Assembly (NCBI GenBank): GCA_030141605.1
Contig: JAQGDQ010000384.1
Location: 114,438-178,437, forward strand
Reading direction: 5' to 3'
DNA: 64,000 bases
Source of the DNA: Tubiluchus corallicola
Lineage: Eukaryota > Animalia > Priapulida
This document shows positions 9,328 to 20,183 of the stretch, in pieces (position 1 is the first letter of the stretch; each line of letters begins with the position of its first letter). Below the pieces are notes generated by a model. That model did not search any database, was not told where the DNA came from, and saw nothing but the letters and a program-made list of their open reading frames with translations. A program made the translations under genes and the position numbers.

Positions 9328-10440
9328 TCAGTATTCTGTGTTGAATTTTCTGTTAAGACTCCTTACTACATCGAGGTGTTCATCTTTCAGGCTCCCCGCA
9401 CTAAACATAGATATACCATTAGCTCCTGCGTCTCTTGACTGATGAATGGCTTCCCCCAGCTCCTCCGGTGAAAGGGCCGGGATATAGAGCCCTGATATAT
9501 AGGAGTGGTTTCGTCCGCGCAACTCCCGTATGCCGTTTTCAACAGAAAACCCAATCCAGTTTAGATCCTCAAGGTAGAAGCTGTGGTAGTTCATAGGGCA
9601 GAAAATGTCGATATCCCATGAGCTCCAGTCCTGCCTTACCATCATTCTTGACATTTCAGGAAAAGGAAAAACAGCAGCAGATATCTTCCTGTTGTGTTGA
9701 TGTGCAATATCGGCAAGTTCATTTACAAGAGATGTTACGGCATTTAAGCGAAACTGCCGCCATTCATTGCTTAACTCAGGGTGTTCCATATCAAGGGGAT
9801 CACGCCCAAATATCTCTTTAAACTTTTTTCTACCATCGGGATGGTACCCAAAATCGAATTCCGGCATCTCTCTATCTTGTATCAGGTTGTATTTTGGCTG
9901 TAGCTCCAGGCCAAGTATTACATCACAGAAGCGCACATAGTCCAGGTGAACTGAAGCGAGGCCTTCAACCTGTGCAATGTCGGTTATACTGTTTTTAATA
10001 TGCTCCCTTGCCCCTTCACTAAAAGGACTTAGCCACTGATAATAATCCACATATGGGCGAAACTCAAAGCTATTATCACCATTCCTGTTTACGGCGTACC
10101 AATCGGGATGCTCGGCGGCAATTTTATCCCCCGGGCGATTTAATGTCCACACCCAGCCGTGAATATTGATATCCATATCTTTGGTTATGCTTATTATACG
10201 GGCAAGCTCTTGGGCGCCATTTCCCATATAATAGTCTGTTATTCCCGCATCTCTGAACCGCTTAAAAAAGTCGAGCAGTTCCATATCGGTTTTATTCTTG
10301 TCTACGTTACCCCATATTCCAAAAGAGAACTGCTGCTGCTTCCTGTACTGCCCCTTATCTTTTGGGGGAGATGTAAATCCTAAAGTGACAGCAACCAGTA
10401 CAAAAGCTTTTAGTATCAATTTCAATCTGTTCTTCAACAT
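9328..10440 (-). CDS. Glycoside hydrolase-like 10 (DUF187/YngK-type) secreted protein
   Basis: Signal peptide; motifs IHGWVW, HPDWYAVNRNG, VHLDYVRF, EWRQFR, ISAAVFP, VRQDW and CPMNYH. Last gene of a SusC/D locus. Confidence 0.75.
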   Translation of the reverse strand: MLKNRLKLILKAFVLVAVTLGFTSPPKDKGQYRKQQQFSFGIWGNVDKNKTDMELLDFFKRFRDAGITDYYMGNGAQELARIISITKDMDINIHGWVWTLNRPGDKIAAEHPDWYAVNRNGDNSFEFRPYVDYYQWLSPFSEGAREHIKNSITDIAQVEGLASVHLDYVRFCDVILGLELQPKYNLIQDREMPEFDFGYHPDGRKKFKEIFGRDPLDMEHPELSNEWRQFRLNAVTSLVNELADIAHQHNRKISAAVFPFPEMSRMMVRQDWSSWDIDIFCPMNYHSFYLEDLNWIGFSVENGIRELRGRNHSYISGLYIPALSPEELGEAIHQSRDAGANGISMFSAGSLKDEHLDVVRSLNRKFNTEY

Positions 10441-10452
10441 AGTGTGTATTGT

Positions 10453-11544
10453 TTATAGTATTTTTACCTTACCATCCTGGTTAATAGCCATAGTTTCATT
10501 GGTTTCAGGATCCTCAATTTTCGCCTCATAACCAAATATTGTGCTGTAGATACGAGGAGTCAGCATTACGCCGTTTATGTGTATCGACCGGGCACCTGTA
10601 AGCTCTTTTGTCGATCGGGCAAACTTCCCGCTCTCTTTCCTGAATGCAAGCTGCTGCCTGTGAATGAAAAATAGCGCCTGCTCAGCAAGTTCACCGGGCT
10701 TTCTGTCAAAAGAGATATCCCCTTGCTTCTGCATTGAAAACTGTAGGTATCCCCAGTGCTCAGGCCGGTGCATGTCTATTGCTCCCTGAGGTGACCATAC
10801 CCAGTTATTTTCAGGCAGAGGAACCCCTTTACTGTCCATTTTCTTCCCATAAACGCCATCATCTATCTGGTGGTGCCAATTGACTCTCGAAAAGTTGATA
10901 CGCCACTGCTCTCCATCTTTTGGCCTTTTATGTCTGGAACGGGACAGCTCCTCAAGAGCATTCCACGGAAGAGCTACCTCAAGGTCCCAGCCCTGGTCAA
11001 TGTCGGAGGGGTCATTTAAGGTCCCTTTAATGTTAACACCAACTTTTAAGTCGGGCATATCCCACCTGTTAATGACGGGACCTCCCCCACGATAGGCATT
11101 TAGCAGAAGTAGATCCCAGACAGTCCCCAGGGCATTTACTTCAAATTCTGCATAATGTGTTGATTCCAGGTTGGAACAAATGAATATCTCAAAGTCATTG
11201 TTATGAAATATCACTGCATCCCGTTCTGTAATATCGGCCCATACATGAGGCTCTTCCATCTCAACGTAAAAGTATATAAACTCGTCATCCCAAAGCATTT
11301 TCATGCGTGTTTTGTAGGCAGGGGCAGGCTTTTTGCTCCCCTCTATATCCACAAAATAATCTGTCCATGAAGCGTTGTCCCAGCAGGGTTCATCGCTTTT
11401 GCCATCTATCACCATCTCACCACCTGCCCTGTATATAACATAGCCCTTGGGAGGATGAAAGTCCCATGACATTTGCCCATTACTATCGGATAAAGAGCAT
11501 ACACACAGAGTAAGTAGAAATAATTTTATAAAGCCGGTAGTCAT
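10453..11544 (-). CDS. Carbohydrate-binding family 9-like (DOMON-type) protein
   Basis: Motifs IDGKSDEPCW, TRMKMLWDDEFIY, NNDFEIF, WRINFSRV and NWVWSPQG..DMHRPEHWG. Confidence 0.8.
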   Translation of the reverse strand: MTTGFIKLFLLTLCVCSLSDSNGQMSWDFHPPKGYVIYRAGGEMVIDGKSDEPCWDNASWTDYFVDIEGSKKPAPAYKTRMKMLWDDEFIYFYVEMEEPHVWADITERDAVIFHNNDFEIFICSNLESTHYAEFEVNALGTVWDLLLLNAYRGGGPVINRWDMPDLKVGVNIKGTLNDPSDIDQGWDLEVALPWNALEELSRSRHKRPKDGEQWRINFSRVNWHHQIDDGVYGKKMDSKGVPLPENNWVWSPQGAIDMHRPEHWGYLQFSMQKQGDISFDRKPGELAEQALFFIHRQQLAFRKESGKFARSTKELTGARSIHINGVMLTPRIYSTIFGYEAKIEDPETNETMAINQDGKVKIL

Positions 11545-11565
11545 ATATTTAATTTTTTGAATTGT

Positions 11566-13428
11566 TTATTGAATTGGGCCGGCGCCATACTCAGGATTAT
11601 TCTTGTCAAACCATAACCGTTCCGTACTTAATATCTCCGGGTTATTGGTCCCTGGGGTAAATCCCTGCTCAGTGATTGCCTGCATTTTATTTTGATAATT
11701 CAGATCACCATCAGCAGGATTATCTACAACAAAGCGTCTCGGAACAGTAACCTCGGAGCCCGATACAGTAAAGTTCTCCCATGCAAAATAGCTACTCCCT
11801 TTTTTGGGTATACCAGAGCGGCGTACCAGTGCCCACAGGTCTCCTGGCGTTGGCGCAAAGTTGATATATTGCTGTATATACACCTTTTCCAGCCCATCAG
11901 TAGTTAAGTCATAAGCATCCTGCCCCAGCAAAGCATCAATTTCACCATCCCGCAGTTTGGTAGCTGCCGCCTCAGCCATATCTCCGCTATACACCGGATC
12001 ACTCTCATAATAGGGTAATGCATTGCCCTTCGCCAGCTGATCCATTCGCTCAACCGACAATCTTACCCCCTGGTTGAAATACTCCTGCGCCTCTTTGGGC
12101 AGGTTTGCTCCCAGCAGCTTAAATTCGGCCAGGTAAAGGTTTGTCTCTGCAGAGCTGCCCAGTATTACATGCAGGGGAGCTTCATTCCCTTTAAGGATTA
12201 TTGGTGAACCTCTGTACGGGCTGATAGGGTAGGTATATTCAAGTGTTGTACGAATAACCTTTTCGCAGTAGGGAGAAACCCCCCAATACGACTTCTCTAC
12301 ATCCTGCCCATCTACTTTAACATTGATGATATATGCATTAAAATAGATGCTATTCCCCTGGACATCTATTTCGTCAGGAGAGATCGGAACACCGTGATAT
12401 CTCACCCACGGTTCACCAGGAGTCAACCATCCCGAGAAATTTCCCTCAGCATCTAAGTCCACATACTGCTCTACATAAGGAGGAAGATCTTTCTCCTCAT
12501 CAATTAGTGTTTGTACAACCTCACCATTAAAATCGTTCTTGTCAACAATACAGCGTAATCGCGGATCTCTGTTATTAACCATAAACTCTACAAAGTTTCG
12601 CCCTAAATATCCCCGTGAAACATAGTTACCCGTACCGTGTGCATTTATTCCTTTATTATAGATAAAATCATCCTCCAGTGCATCCATATACCCTGCCGGA
12701 GAATTTGCAACCTCTTCGGCTATTTTTTTAGCCTTATCCCGATCTGCATTAACAAGGCGAGCGGCAATCTTAAGCTTCAATAAGTTGCAAAATTTTGCCC
12801 ACTGGCTATACCGCCCGTTATAAATGAAATCCTGGTTTCCCATAGAGACTTGCCCCTCCTGCATTAAGCTTTCTATTGCGCTATCCAGCTCCTCCAGCAT
12901 CCTGTCAAACATATCCTCCTGGCTGTCCAGAACAGGTGTGTACACAGGTGGGGTTGTCCACATGGCAATACCGGCTTCGGAGTACACAAGAGATCCAAAG
13001 TTGTCCGTATTTACCAATATAGGGTAGATCTGAATAGGGTAGGTCATCCCTCTTAAAGCCTGGAATGGCCTCTTTTCATCTTCGCTCATTGCATCAATAC
13101 GTAAGCGCACATCTACAACCTGCCCAAACAGTTCTGTGTAAGAGCCCTGCCTGGAGCTGACCCCCATCTCTGTAAATGCCGCATGATTCCCTTCACCAAA
13201 CGTATTGAGCTGTGTCCAGGGGAAAATATACTGAAAGTAGTTGTAGAACCAGATTGTGTAATTATTTCTGTACATCTGCTCTATAGCCTTTGTCATGGAG
13301 TAGTGCAGATTAGGTTCCTTGAGTGTTGAAGGATCTGTATTAATATCTGCAAATTTATCTCTGTCACATCCTGTAAAAAGTATCAAAGCCAGGAGAGGGA
13401 TATAAACTATTTTATAAGAGAGTTTCAT
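11566..13428 (-). CDS. susD: SusD/RagB-family nutrient-binding lipoprotein
   Basis: Lipobox LFTG-CD, INTDP, WAKFCNLLKLKIAARL, DPRL and LEKVYIQQYIN; lies directly downstream of susC. Confidence 0.88.
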   Translation of the reverse strand: MKLSYKIVYIPLLALILFTGCDRDKFADINTDPSTLKEPNLHYSMTKAIEQMYRNNYTIWFYNYFQYIFPWTQLNTFGEGNHAAFTEMGVSSRQGSYTELFGQVVDVRLRIDAMSEDEKRPFQALRGMTYPIQIYPILVNTDNFGSLVYSEAGIAMWTTPPVYTPVLDSQEDMFDRMLEELDSAIESLMQEGQVSMGNQDFIYNGRYSQWAKFCNLLKLKIAARLVNADRDKAKKIAEEVANSPAGYMDALEDDFIYNKGINAHGTGNYVSRGYLGRNFVEFMVNNRDPRLRCIVDKNDFNGEVVQTLIDEEKDLPPYVEQYVDLDAEGNFSGWLTPGEPWVRYHGVPISPDEIDVQGNSIYFNAYIINVKVDGQDVEKSYWGVSPYCEKVIRTTLEYTYPISPYRGSPIILKGNEAPLHVILGSSAETNLYLAEFKLLGANLPKEAQEYFNQGVRLSVERMDQLAKGNALPYYESDPVYSGDMAEAAATKLRDGEIDALLGQDAYDLTTDGLEKVYIQQYINFAPTPGDLWALVRRSGIPKKGSSYFAWENFTVSGSEVTVPRRFVVDNPADGDLNYQNKMQAITEQGFTPGTNNPEILSTERLWFDKNNPEYGAGPIQ

Positions 13429-13440
13429 GTTTTTAATTTT

Positions 13441-16400
13441 TTAAAAATCGACGCTAATTGTGAATGTGTAAGAAGCCGTATAAGGACTAAAGGAACGTTC
13501 GCGAAAAGACTCAGTACTTGTTGTCCCCCTGAAGCTTTCAGGGTTTATATTATTGGGGAGTGAATTATAAATGTACCCCAGGTTTCTGGCATTTAGAGCC
13601 ATGTACACATTTTGTGCTTTTGCCTTATATGCCCATTTTTTAGGCATGGTGTAACCGATTGAGATGTTGCGCAGAGCTATATAGTTTACTTCTGCCAACC
13701 ATGAATCATTTACAACTCCTGTGCTCCATGAGTTGTTCCTGTATGTCCAGTAGCTTGCGTGGGTAGGCTCAACATAGCCCGCATCATACGCCTCCTGATA
13801 GGTCATGCCTCCCACCTCCCGTTTACTGCCGGACGGGGTGGTAACCTCTGTTCCCTCCTTGAATACTCCGTCCGGAATAACACCATCATAGAATGTCTGT
13901 CCGTAAGAGTCTGCATAACTACTTGTCCACTCTATACCTCCATATTTGGCATCACGTGCATATAACGACTCTTCAAGTATCCCGTAGCTGGTGCCGTATT
14001 TACTGGAATAAGAGGCAATATGTCCACCAAAACGAGCATCAATTAATATTGATAAAGAGATACTTTTCCAGTGAAAGGAGTTGTCCCATGAGCCCTCAAA
14101 ATCGGGCTGAATCTTTCCTACTTCCTCTTCTTCGTAACTTCTGGTAAGATATGCTCCGCGATAGCTTTCATTCCATGTCAACACCATTTCCCCATCGTCT
14201 GTCACGGCAGCCTTTGAATCGGACAAAAGCACTCCATATTCTCCATTTTCAAAAGCAACAGAGCCTACCCTGAAGTTCCCATAGTTTGTATCTCCACCCA
14301 GTTTTTTGTAGTTGGCAACCTCTTCCCGAAGGTCCGAGACCATAGTTGTGTTGTTCCAGTAATTGAACGTGGATACCCATTCAAAGTCACCTGTTCTGAC
14401 CGGAACACCCCTAACGGAAAGCTCGATACCGTAATTCTTTAGTGTCCCAATATTAGACAGCATATCACTGTGTCCTGACTCATCCGGTAACGGGATAGTG
14501 CCAATCTGATTCGTAATAGCTTCATTATAGTAGGTAAAATCAAAGCCTATTCTATTGTCTAAAAACCTTGCATCAACGCCCGCTTCAATAGAGTTTTTTC
14601 TCTCCGGCTTAATTGTATTATCTACCAAAATCGGATTTCTTGTATTTGTGAAAATCAACCCATTCTCCATCTCAAAGTGTCCTATACTATAGCCTTTGTT
14701 AATATTATACGCTCCGGTATCGTTACCTACCTGTGCCCACGACAAGCGTGTTTTCCCAAAAGATACCCAGTCGGGCATACGAAATGAGTCGGTAAAGACC
14801 CACGAAGTACTAACTGAGGGATAGAAGTAGGAGTAATCCCCCGCACCACCTGTATAAACCATTGCTGACGACCAGTCGTTACGTCCCGTTACATCAAGGA
14901 ATATCTGGTTTTTCCACGTCAGGCTCAATAAATAATAAAGAGAGTTTATCTGCTTGGTACCGCTAATTTCTCCTGTGTACTTTATTGTCTTTTTTGAATT
15001 TTCCAGGAAGAATTGGCCAGGTACCACCAAGCCCCCATCTGTCTCTACTTTTGTCTTTGCAATTCTCTGGCTCCAGATTTCACCTCCTACAAGTAAGCTT
15101 GCTGAGATATCGCTACTCAGCTCCCTGGTAATGTTTGCAGTCAGCTTTCCGGTCGTCGTAACATCGCTCCTCTGCTCCAGAAGGTACTTGCCCCCTTCAT
15201 TGTAGTACCCCTGTCCCAGCTCTTTCACTTCATAGTCGTAAGTGTAATAGTTCATATTACCCTCCGCAGTTACAGAAATCCAGTCAGCAAGCCTGGCAGT
15301 TAAGCGTACAATAGGGCGGGTTACATACTCTCTCCTATTGTACTCATCCATATACAGGCTAAACCACTTGCTGTTACCTGGAACATTGGCATACTGATCA
15401 TTGTAATCACTATTTGGCCTCCCTCCATGAGGGGCTTGCCAAACCTCCTGCTTCCTCCATTTATTCACATCATACCAGGAGGTGAAACTTCCGTCCAGAA
15501 TCTGGCTGCCAAACTCGCTTCTGGGGTTTTTGGGGTTCGATATTGTGTATGAAATAGAAGCCTCTGTGGTAAGCCATGTAGCCAAATTGTAAGATGCATT
15601 TAGCAGAAGAGCGTTACGTGTAAATTCATTCCTGGGAGCGCTCCCTTTTCTGTAGTTATAAGAGTTGGAGAGATAGAAGCTCCCTTTCTCGCTACCTCCG
15701 GTCAAAACCAGAGAAGTATTACTGTTCCACCCCGTATCATACAGGCTTTTCATTAAGCTGGGATAGGCACGGTATGTTGTCATTGTTCCGTCAAAGTCAA
15801 CTATTTCACGACCGTCATATCTGGGTCCATAGAAAAGACTGCTGGCCGGATGATTAATTTTTGTAGGCACTCCGTCAACAGTGTAAAACTGATTTGTGTC
15901 AAACTTATAATACCTCCCGTTTTCGTCCTGCTCCCCATACGATATATACCCTGCTATCGTCCCGGGACCGTACTCGTACTGAATAGCGGGCTCACCATAA
16001 ACATGGTCAACACCGAATGACTGTGTCACTTTAACGCCAATACCCCGCGCCGCCTTTTTCCCGTCTTTCGTCTTAATAACTATAGCTCCGTTGATTCCCC
16101 TTGAACCATAAAGAGCAGTAGCTGCAGCTCCTTTTAAAACCGATACAGATTCATAGTCGTCAGGGTTAAGGTTTTTAAGCACATTCCCAAAATCATTAGC
16201 CACACTACTCCAGTCTGCACTTTCACCTGATACAGAGTTATCAAGGATAACCCCATCTATAACAAAAATCGGCTGGTTATTATTACTGTTAAGGACAGAT
16301 ACTCCGCGAAGCTGAATTTTTGAGTTCCCGAACAATCCGCCATCTGAGCCTCCAATACTAAGTCCGGAAGATTTCCCCTGCAAGGCCTGCACCGGGTTTA

Positions 16401-16938
16401 CGGTATTTACACCTGCGACATCATCTCCGCTAACCTTGGTCATGGCATAGCCCAAGGCTTTCGTCTCTCTCTGAATCCCAAGTGCGGTAACAACAACATC
16501 ATCGACTACAACTGATGAGGGGAGGAGTGTGATATCTATCACAGCCCTTCCGCCAATTGCAATTTCCTGAGAGGCCATGCCTAAGAAGGAGAAAACCAGT
16601 GTTTCATTGCCTTTCAGTCCTGAGATGGAGTAATTCCCGTCTATGTCGGTAATAGTACCTTGTGAGGTGCCTTTGACAATGACAGATGTTCCGGCCAAAG
16701 ATTCGCCAGACTGATCTACTATATGTCCCGACACAACACTACCTTGCTGGCCTTGAAGAGCATGATAAGAAGAGGAAACACCTCTTTCAGTATTACCACC
16801 ACTATCGGGGGCATAAGTTCCGGCTACCGTTTTAAAGCCAAATAGTGTTGAAAAAAGAGCTACGAGTAGCGCGGCAGAGAGTAGCCTGCCAATGTATAGG
16901 TGCTTAAACCCCCTCTTGCTTTTTTTTAAAGTGAGCAT
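13441..16938 (-). CDS. susC: SusC/RagA-family TonB-dependent transporter
   Basis: VVVTALGI, QPIFVIDGV, LNPDDYESVSVLKGAAATALYGSRGINGAIVIKTK, TGRNDWSS, YFYPSVS and a C-terminal F. Confidence 0.96.
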   Translation of the reverse strand: MLTLKKSKRGFKHLYIGRLLSAALLVALFSTLFGFKTVAGTYAPDSGGNTERGVSSSYHALQGQQGSVVSGHIVDQSGESLAGTSVIVKGTSQGTITDIDGNYSISGLKGNETLVFSFLGMASQEIAIGGRAVIDITLLPSSVVVDDVVVTALGIQRETKALGYAMTKVSGDDVAGVNTVNPVQALQGKSSGLSIGGSDGGLFGNSKIQLRGVSVLNSNNNQPIFVIDGVILDNSVSGESADWSSVANDFGNVLKNLNPDDYESVSVLKGAAATALYGSRGINGAIVIKTKDGKKAARGIGVKVTQSFGVDHVYGEPAIQYEYGPGTIAGYISYGEQDENGRYYKFDTNQFYTVDGVPTKINHPASSLFYGPRYDGREIVDFDGTMTTYRAYPSLMKSLYDTGWNSNTSLVLTGGSEKGSFYLSNSYNYRKGSAPRNEFTRNALLLNASYNLATWLTTEASISYTISNPKNPRSEFGSQILDGSFTSWYDVNKWRKQEVWQAPHGGRPNSDYNDQYANVPGNSKWFSLYMDEYNRREYVTRPIVRLTARLADWISVTAEGNMNYYTYDYEVKELGQGYYNEGGKYLLEQRSDVTTTGKLTANITRELSSDISASLLVGGEIWSQRIAKTKVETDGGLVVPGQFFLENSKKTIKYTGEISGTKQINSLYYLLSLTWKNQIFLDVTGRNDWSSAMVYTGGAGDYSYFYPSVSTSWVFTDSFRMPDWVSFGKTRLSWAQVGNDTGAYNINKGYSIGHFEMENGLIFTNTRNPILVDNTIKPERKNSIEAGVDARFLDNRIGFDFTYYNEAITNQIGTIPLPDESGHSDMLSNIGTLKNYGIELSVRGVPVRTGDFEWVSTFNYWNNTTMVSDLREEVANYKKLGGDTNYGNFRVGSVAFENGEYGVLLSDSKAAVTDDGEMVLTWNESYRGAYLTRSYEEEEVGKIQPDFEGSWDNSFHWKSISLSILIDARFGGHIASYSSKYGTSYGILEESLYARDAKYGGIEWTSSYADSYGQTFYDGVIPDGVFKEGTEVTTPSGSKREVGGMTYQEAYDAGYVEPTHASYWTYRNNSWSTGVVNDSWLAEVNYIALRNISIGYTMPKKWAYKAKAQNVYMALNARNLGYIYNSLPNNINPESFRGTTSTESFRERSFSPYTASYTFTISVDF

Positions 16939-17510
16939 AAATTTAAATTTTTAGTTAACATCATAATGGTAATTTTTAAATGGAGAAGTATTTTCTGGTA
17001 CATGATGAGCTGCAGAGTATGAAAAGTGAGTTGTACGTTTGGCGTCGGCAGCTGTGCTGAATATTTTCATTTTTGAAGCAAAAAGTAATATTTTGCACAC
17101 AATTTTTTCTATCTTGATAAAAGATCTATTGTTTTCAGATATGCGGTTGAGTAGTAGCACTACAGTGCTGTGCTGAAATATTTCAGAGACAAAAGCGCGT
17201 ATGTGTAGGACCACTTTTTCAGAGGTAGTGCATGTGCTCGTTACTCCAGTTATTTCAGCCATTTTTTTCTTCTTTTGGATCAAAAAAAAGAGAATTCCAA
17301 ATATATGTATATTATTCTAAATAATTCCTAAAATTATAATATAGATTGTTTTTTATCAGATCTTCCTGTCATTTTTCATCCTGACTGCTAATATCGTATC
17401 AAATAGGTAGTTGAGAGGAATTTTTGGGCGATTGATAAAATCTTTACTATCTTTATAGTTTATCGAGCATAAGTATAACAAATCAAAACTACTTTACAAT
17501 TTCAATAATT

Positions 17511-18827
17511 ATGGAAAGTGACAAAAAGAGAAGTAATATTGGACGCCGTTCATTTGTAAAAAAGACGGCCGGTGCAACCACTGTAGCGCTTACAATCCCG
17601 CATGTTGTCCCTGCCCGGGCATTTGGTGCAAATGATCGTATAAATGCGGCAGTTCTTGGTGTGAGAGGCCGGGGTAAAGATCATATCAAGGGTTTTATGG
17701 ATCAGAAAAATGTTGAGGTTACCGTGTTGTGCGATCCGGATATGAATATTTGCAGGGAGCGGGCAAACGATTTTAAGAAAAAATATAATAAGGAGGTGCA
17801 GACAGTTCAGGATCTGCGCGAGGTAATGGATGATAAGGATGTTGATGTAATAGGTGTTGCGTCGCCAAATCACTGGCATGCTCTTACAACCATTTGGGCC
17901 TGCCAGGCAGGCAAGGACGTGTATGTGGAGAAGCCTGCTTCCCATAACGTGTGGGAAGGGCGCAAGATGGTAGAGGCTGCCTACAAGTACGACCGTATTG
18001 TTCAAAACGGTGTCCAGTTGAGAAGTTCCAAAGCTATTCAAGAGGCGATAAAGCTACTTCGTGATGGTTATATCGGGAAAGTATATATGGCGCGCGGGCT
18101 GGTGTTTAGGTGGAGAGCAGATATCGGCGATAAAGGGTTTGAGCCTATACCGGATGGTATTGATTATGATTTGTGGACAGGTCCGGCATCTATGCGCCCC
18201 TTCACCCGCAATCTGGTGCATTACAACTGGCATTGGCACTGGGATTACGGTAATGGCGATGTCGGGAACCAGGGTATTCACCAGACAGATCTCTGTATGT
18301 GGGGGCTAGATGTAGGGTTGCCTACAAAGATTACATCAATGGGGGGCAAGTTTCTGTGGGATGATTGCAAGGAGGTGCCCGAAGTGCAGACCTCTATTTA
18401 CCATTATCCGGAAAAACAAAAGATCATCCAGTTTGAAGTACGCCACTGGTGTACAAACGCGGAAGATGGAGCATCTGTTGGCAATATTTTTTACGGAGAT
18501 AAAGGCTACATGGTAATAAAGGGGTACGATACATATGAGACATATCTCGGTAAGGACAAGACCCCCGGTAAAAAGAACACCGCTGGAGGAGATCATTATA
18601 AGAATTTTATTGATGCTGTGAGGGCACATGACAGAACAATACTCAACGGCTCGGTAAAGTCGGCCCATGAGTCATCAGCTCTTGCTCACCTTGGAAATAT
18701 TGCATACAGACTGGGGCGGGTACTTACGTTTAACCCCCAGTCGGAAAAGTTTGTGAATGATCCGGAAGCAAACAGCATGCTGACTCGCAACTACCGCGCA
18801 CCCTATGTAGTGCCGGATAAGGTGTAG
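17511..18827 (+). CDS. Gfo/Idh/MocA-family NAD-dependent oxidoreductase with Tat signal
   Basis: GRRSFVKK twin-arginine motif, GVRGRG, ASPNHWH, GKDVYVEKP and GNQGIH. Confidence 0.9.
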   Translation: MESDKKRSNIGRRSFVKKTAGATTVALTIPHVVPARAFGANDRINAAVLGVRGRGKDHIKGFMDQKNVEVTVLCDPDMNICRERANDFKKKYNKEVQTVQDLREVMDDKDVDVIGVASPNHWHALTTIWACQAGKDVYVEKPASHNVWEGRKMVEAAYKYDRIVQNGVQLRSSKAIQEAIKLLRDGYIGKVYMARGLVFRWRADIGDKGFEPIPDGIDYDLWTGPASMRPFTRNLVHYNWHWHWDYGNGDVGNQGIHQTDLCMWGLDVGLPTKITSMGGKFLWDDCKEVPEVQTSIYHYPEKQKIIQFEVRHWCTNAEDGASVGNIFYGDKGYMVIKGYDTYETYLGKDKTPGKKNTAGGDHYKNFIDAVRAHDRTILNGSVKSAHESSALAHLGNIAYRLGRVLTFNPQSEKFVNDPEANSMLTRNYRAPYVVPDKV

Positions 18828-18950
18828 AACCGGGCCTTGACAGGATAAGAGAGCTTGGGCCACACTGAGAGGAAGCGATGAAAGATTTCATCCCACTCCC
18901 GTAAGTGGGGATTCTGAAAAGGGTCTTCACGGAACTATTAAGTAGTAAAG

Positions 18951-20183
18951 ATGCATTTAAAAGTAAATTCAATCCTTTATTTAGCTATAGGGAAATTAGC
19001 AGTCTTAGTGATAGTGCTTACCGGTACATCCTCCTCCTGCAAGAAGGAGAGTAATAACACCTCGCCGGGCTATCTCTACACTATTGTTGGAACAGGGGTG
19101 AAAGATTCTTACAGCGACGCTGCCAAGATACCCTCTCCTTCCGAAGGTGATGCTTTTTACGGGCAGGATGCAAGTTATCAATACGGTATACCCTCTTATA
19201 GTGATAACGGTGATGGCACAGTAACAGATAATATTACGGGCCTGACGTGGCAAAAAGATATGGGGGGTAAAGTAACTTTTGCCGAAGCGCTGTCAGGTGC
19301 TTCTTCTACTACTTTAGGGGGGCATTCCGACTGGAGAATGCCCAGTATTAAAGAGTTATATTCACTTATCCTGTTTACAGGCACTACGGGAAAGAGCGAA
19401 AGTAACTCTATCCCTTATATTGATACTGACTATTTTTCACAACCATTTGGGGATGAAAGTGTAGGTGAGCGGTTTATTGATGCCCAAACGTGGTCGGCCA
19501 CTGAGTATGTGGGTAGGACTATGAATGGTGATGAAACCATATTTGGAGTAAATTTTATTGATGGCAGAATTAAAGGTTATCCAAAATATAAGCCGGGAAC
19601 TTCGGAAGGGTATAAGTTGTACGCCCGATATGTAAGGGGGAATAGTGAATACGGCAAAAACAGCTTTGTTGATAATGGAGATGGCACTATCTCTGACCTT
19701 GCTACGGGGCTGATGTGGCAAAAAGCAGATAACGGGAATACATATAATTGGGAGGATGCTTTGGAGTATGCCACAAGCCTTGTACTTGCAGGGTATGAAG
19801 AGTGGAGATTGCCAAGTGCAAAAGAGCTGCATAGTATTGTGGATTACACAAAGTCGCCTCAAACAACTAGTTCAGCAGCAATAAGCTCTCTATTTTTCAC
19901 AACAGAGATTACAGATCCAGACGGGAATGCCGGGCAGTACCCCTATTTCTGGACGGGAACTACACATTTAGATCCTGTCGGGAATTACTCCTACGCTGTA
20001 TATTTCGCATTTGGAGAGGCTCAGGGCAAAATGAATGATAAGCTTATGGATGTACACGGAGCGGGAGCACAGCGAAGCGACCCAAAGTCAGGGGAGAAAG
20101 ATGACTACCCTCAGTTTTTTGGACCTCAAGGCGATGTCAGATATGTTTTTAATTATGTGAGATGCGTCAGAAACATTAATTAG
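18951..20183 (+). CDS. DUF1566 (Lcl C-terminal) domain lipoprotein with two repeats
   Basis: SSS-CKKE lipobox; DNGDGTxxDxxTGLxWQK and WR(M/L)PSxKELxS occur twice; C-terminal YVRCVR. Confidence 0.82.
   Translation: MHLKVNSILYLAIGKLAVLVIVLTGTSSSCKKESNNTSPGYLYTIVGTGVKDSYSDAAKIPSPSEGDAFYGQDASYQYGIPSYSDNGDGTVTDNITGLTWQKDMGGKVTFAEALSGASSTTLGGHSDWRMPSIKELYSLILFTGTTGKSESNSIPYIDTDYFSQPFGDESVGERFIDAQTWSATEYVGRTMNGDETIFGVNFIDGRIKGYPKYKPGTSEGYKLYARYVRGNSEYGKNSFVDNGDGTISDLATGLMWQKADNGNTYNWEDALEYATSLVLAGYEEWRLPSAKELHSIVDYTKSPQTTSSAAISSLFFTTEITDPDGNAGQYPYFWTGTTHLDPVGNYSYAVYFAFGEAQGKMNDKLMDVHGAGAQRSDPKSGEKDDYPQFFGPQGDVRYVFNYVRCVRNIN

Noticed and set aside
16951-17283. 110-aa ORF upstream of susC
   Set aside because: It has a TTG start in an AT-rich divergent promoter region and no recognisable features.
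18951-20183. DUF1566 protein as a DGR target
   Set aside because: No template-like repeat of its 3' end and no RT are visible; it looks like an ordinary family member.
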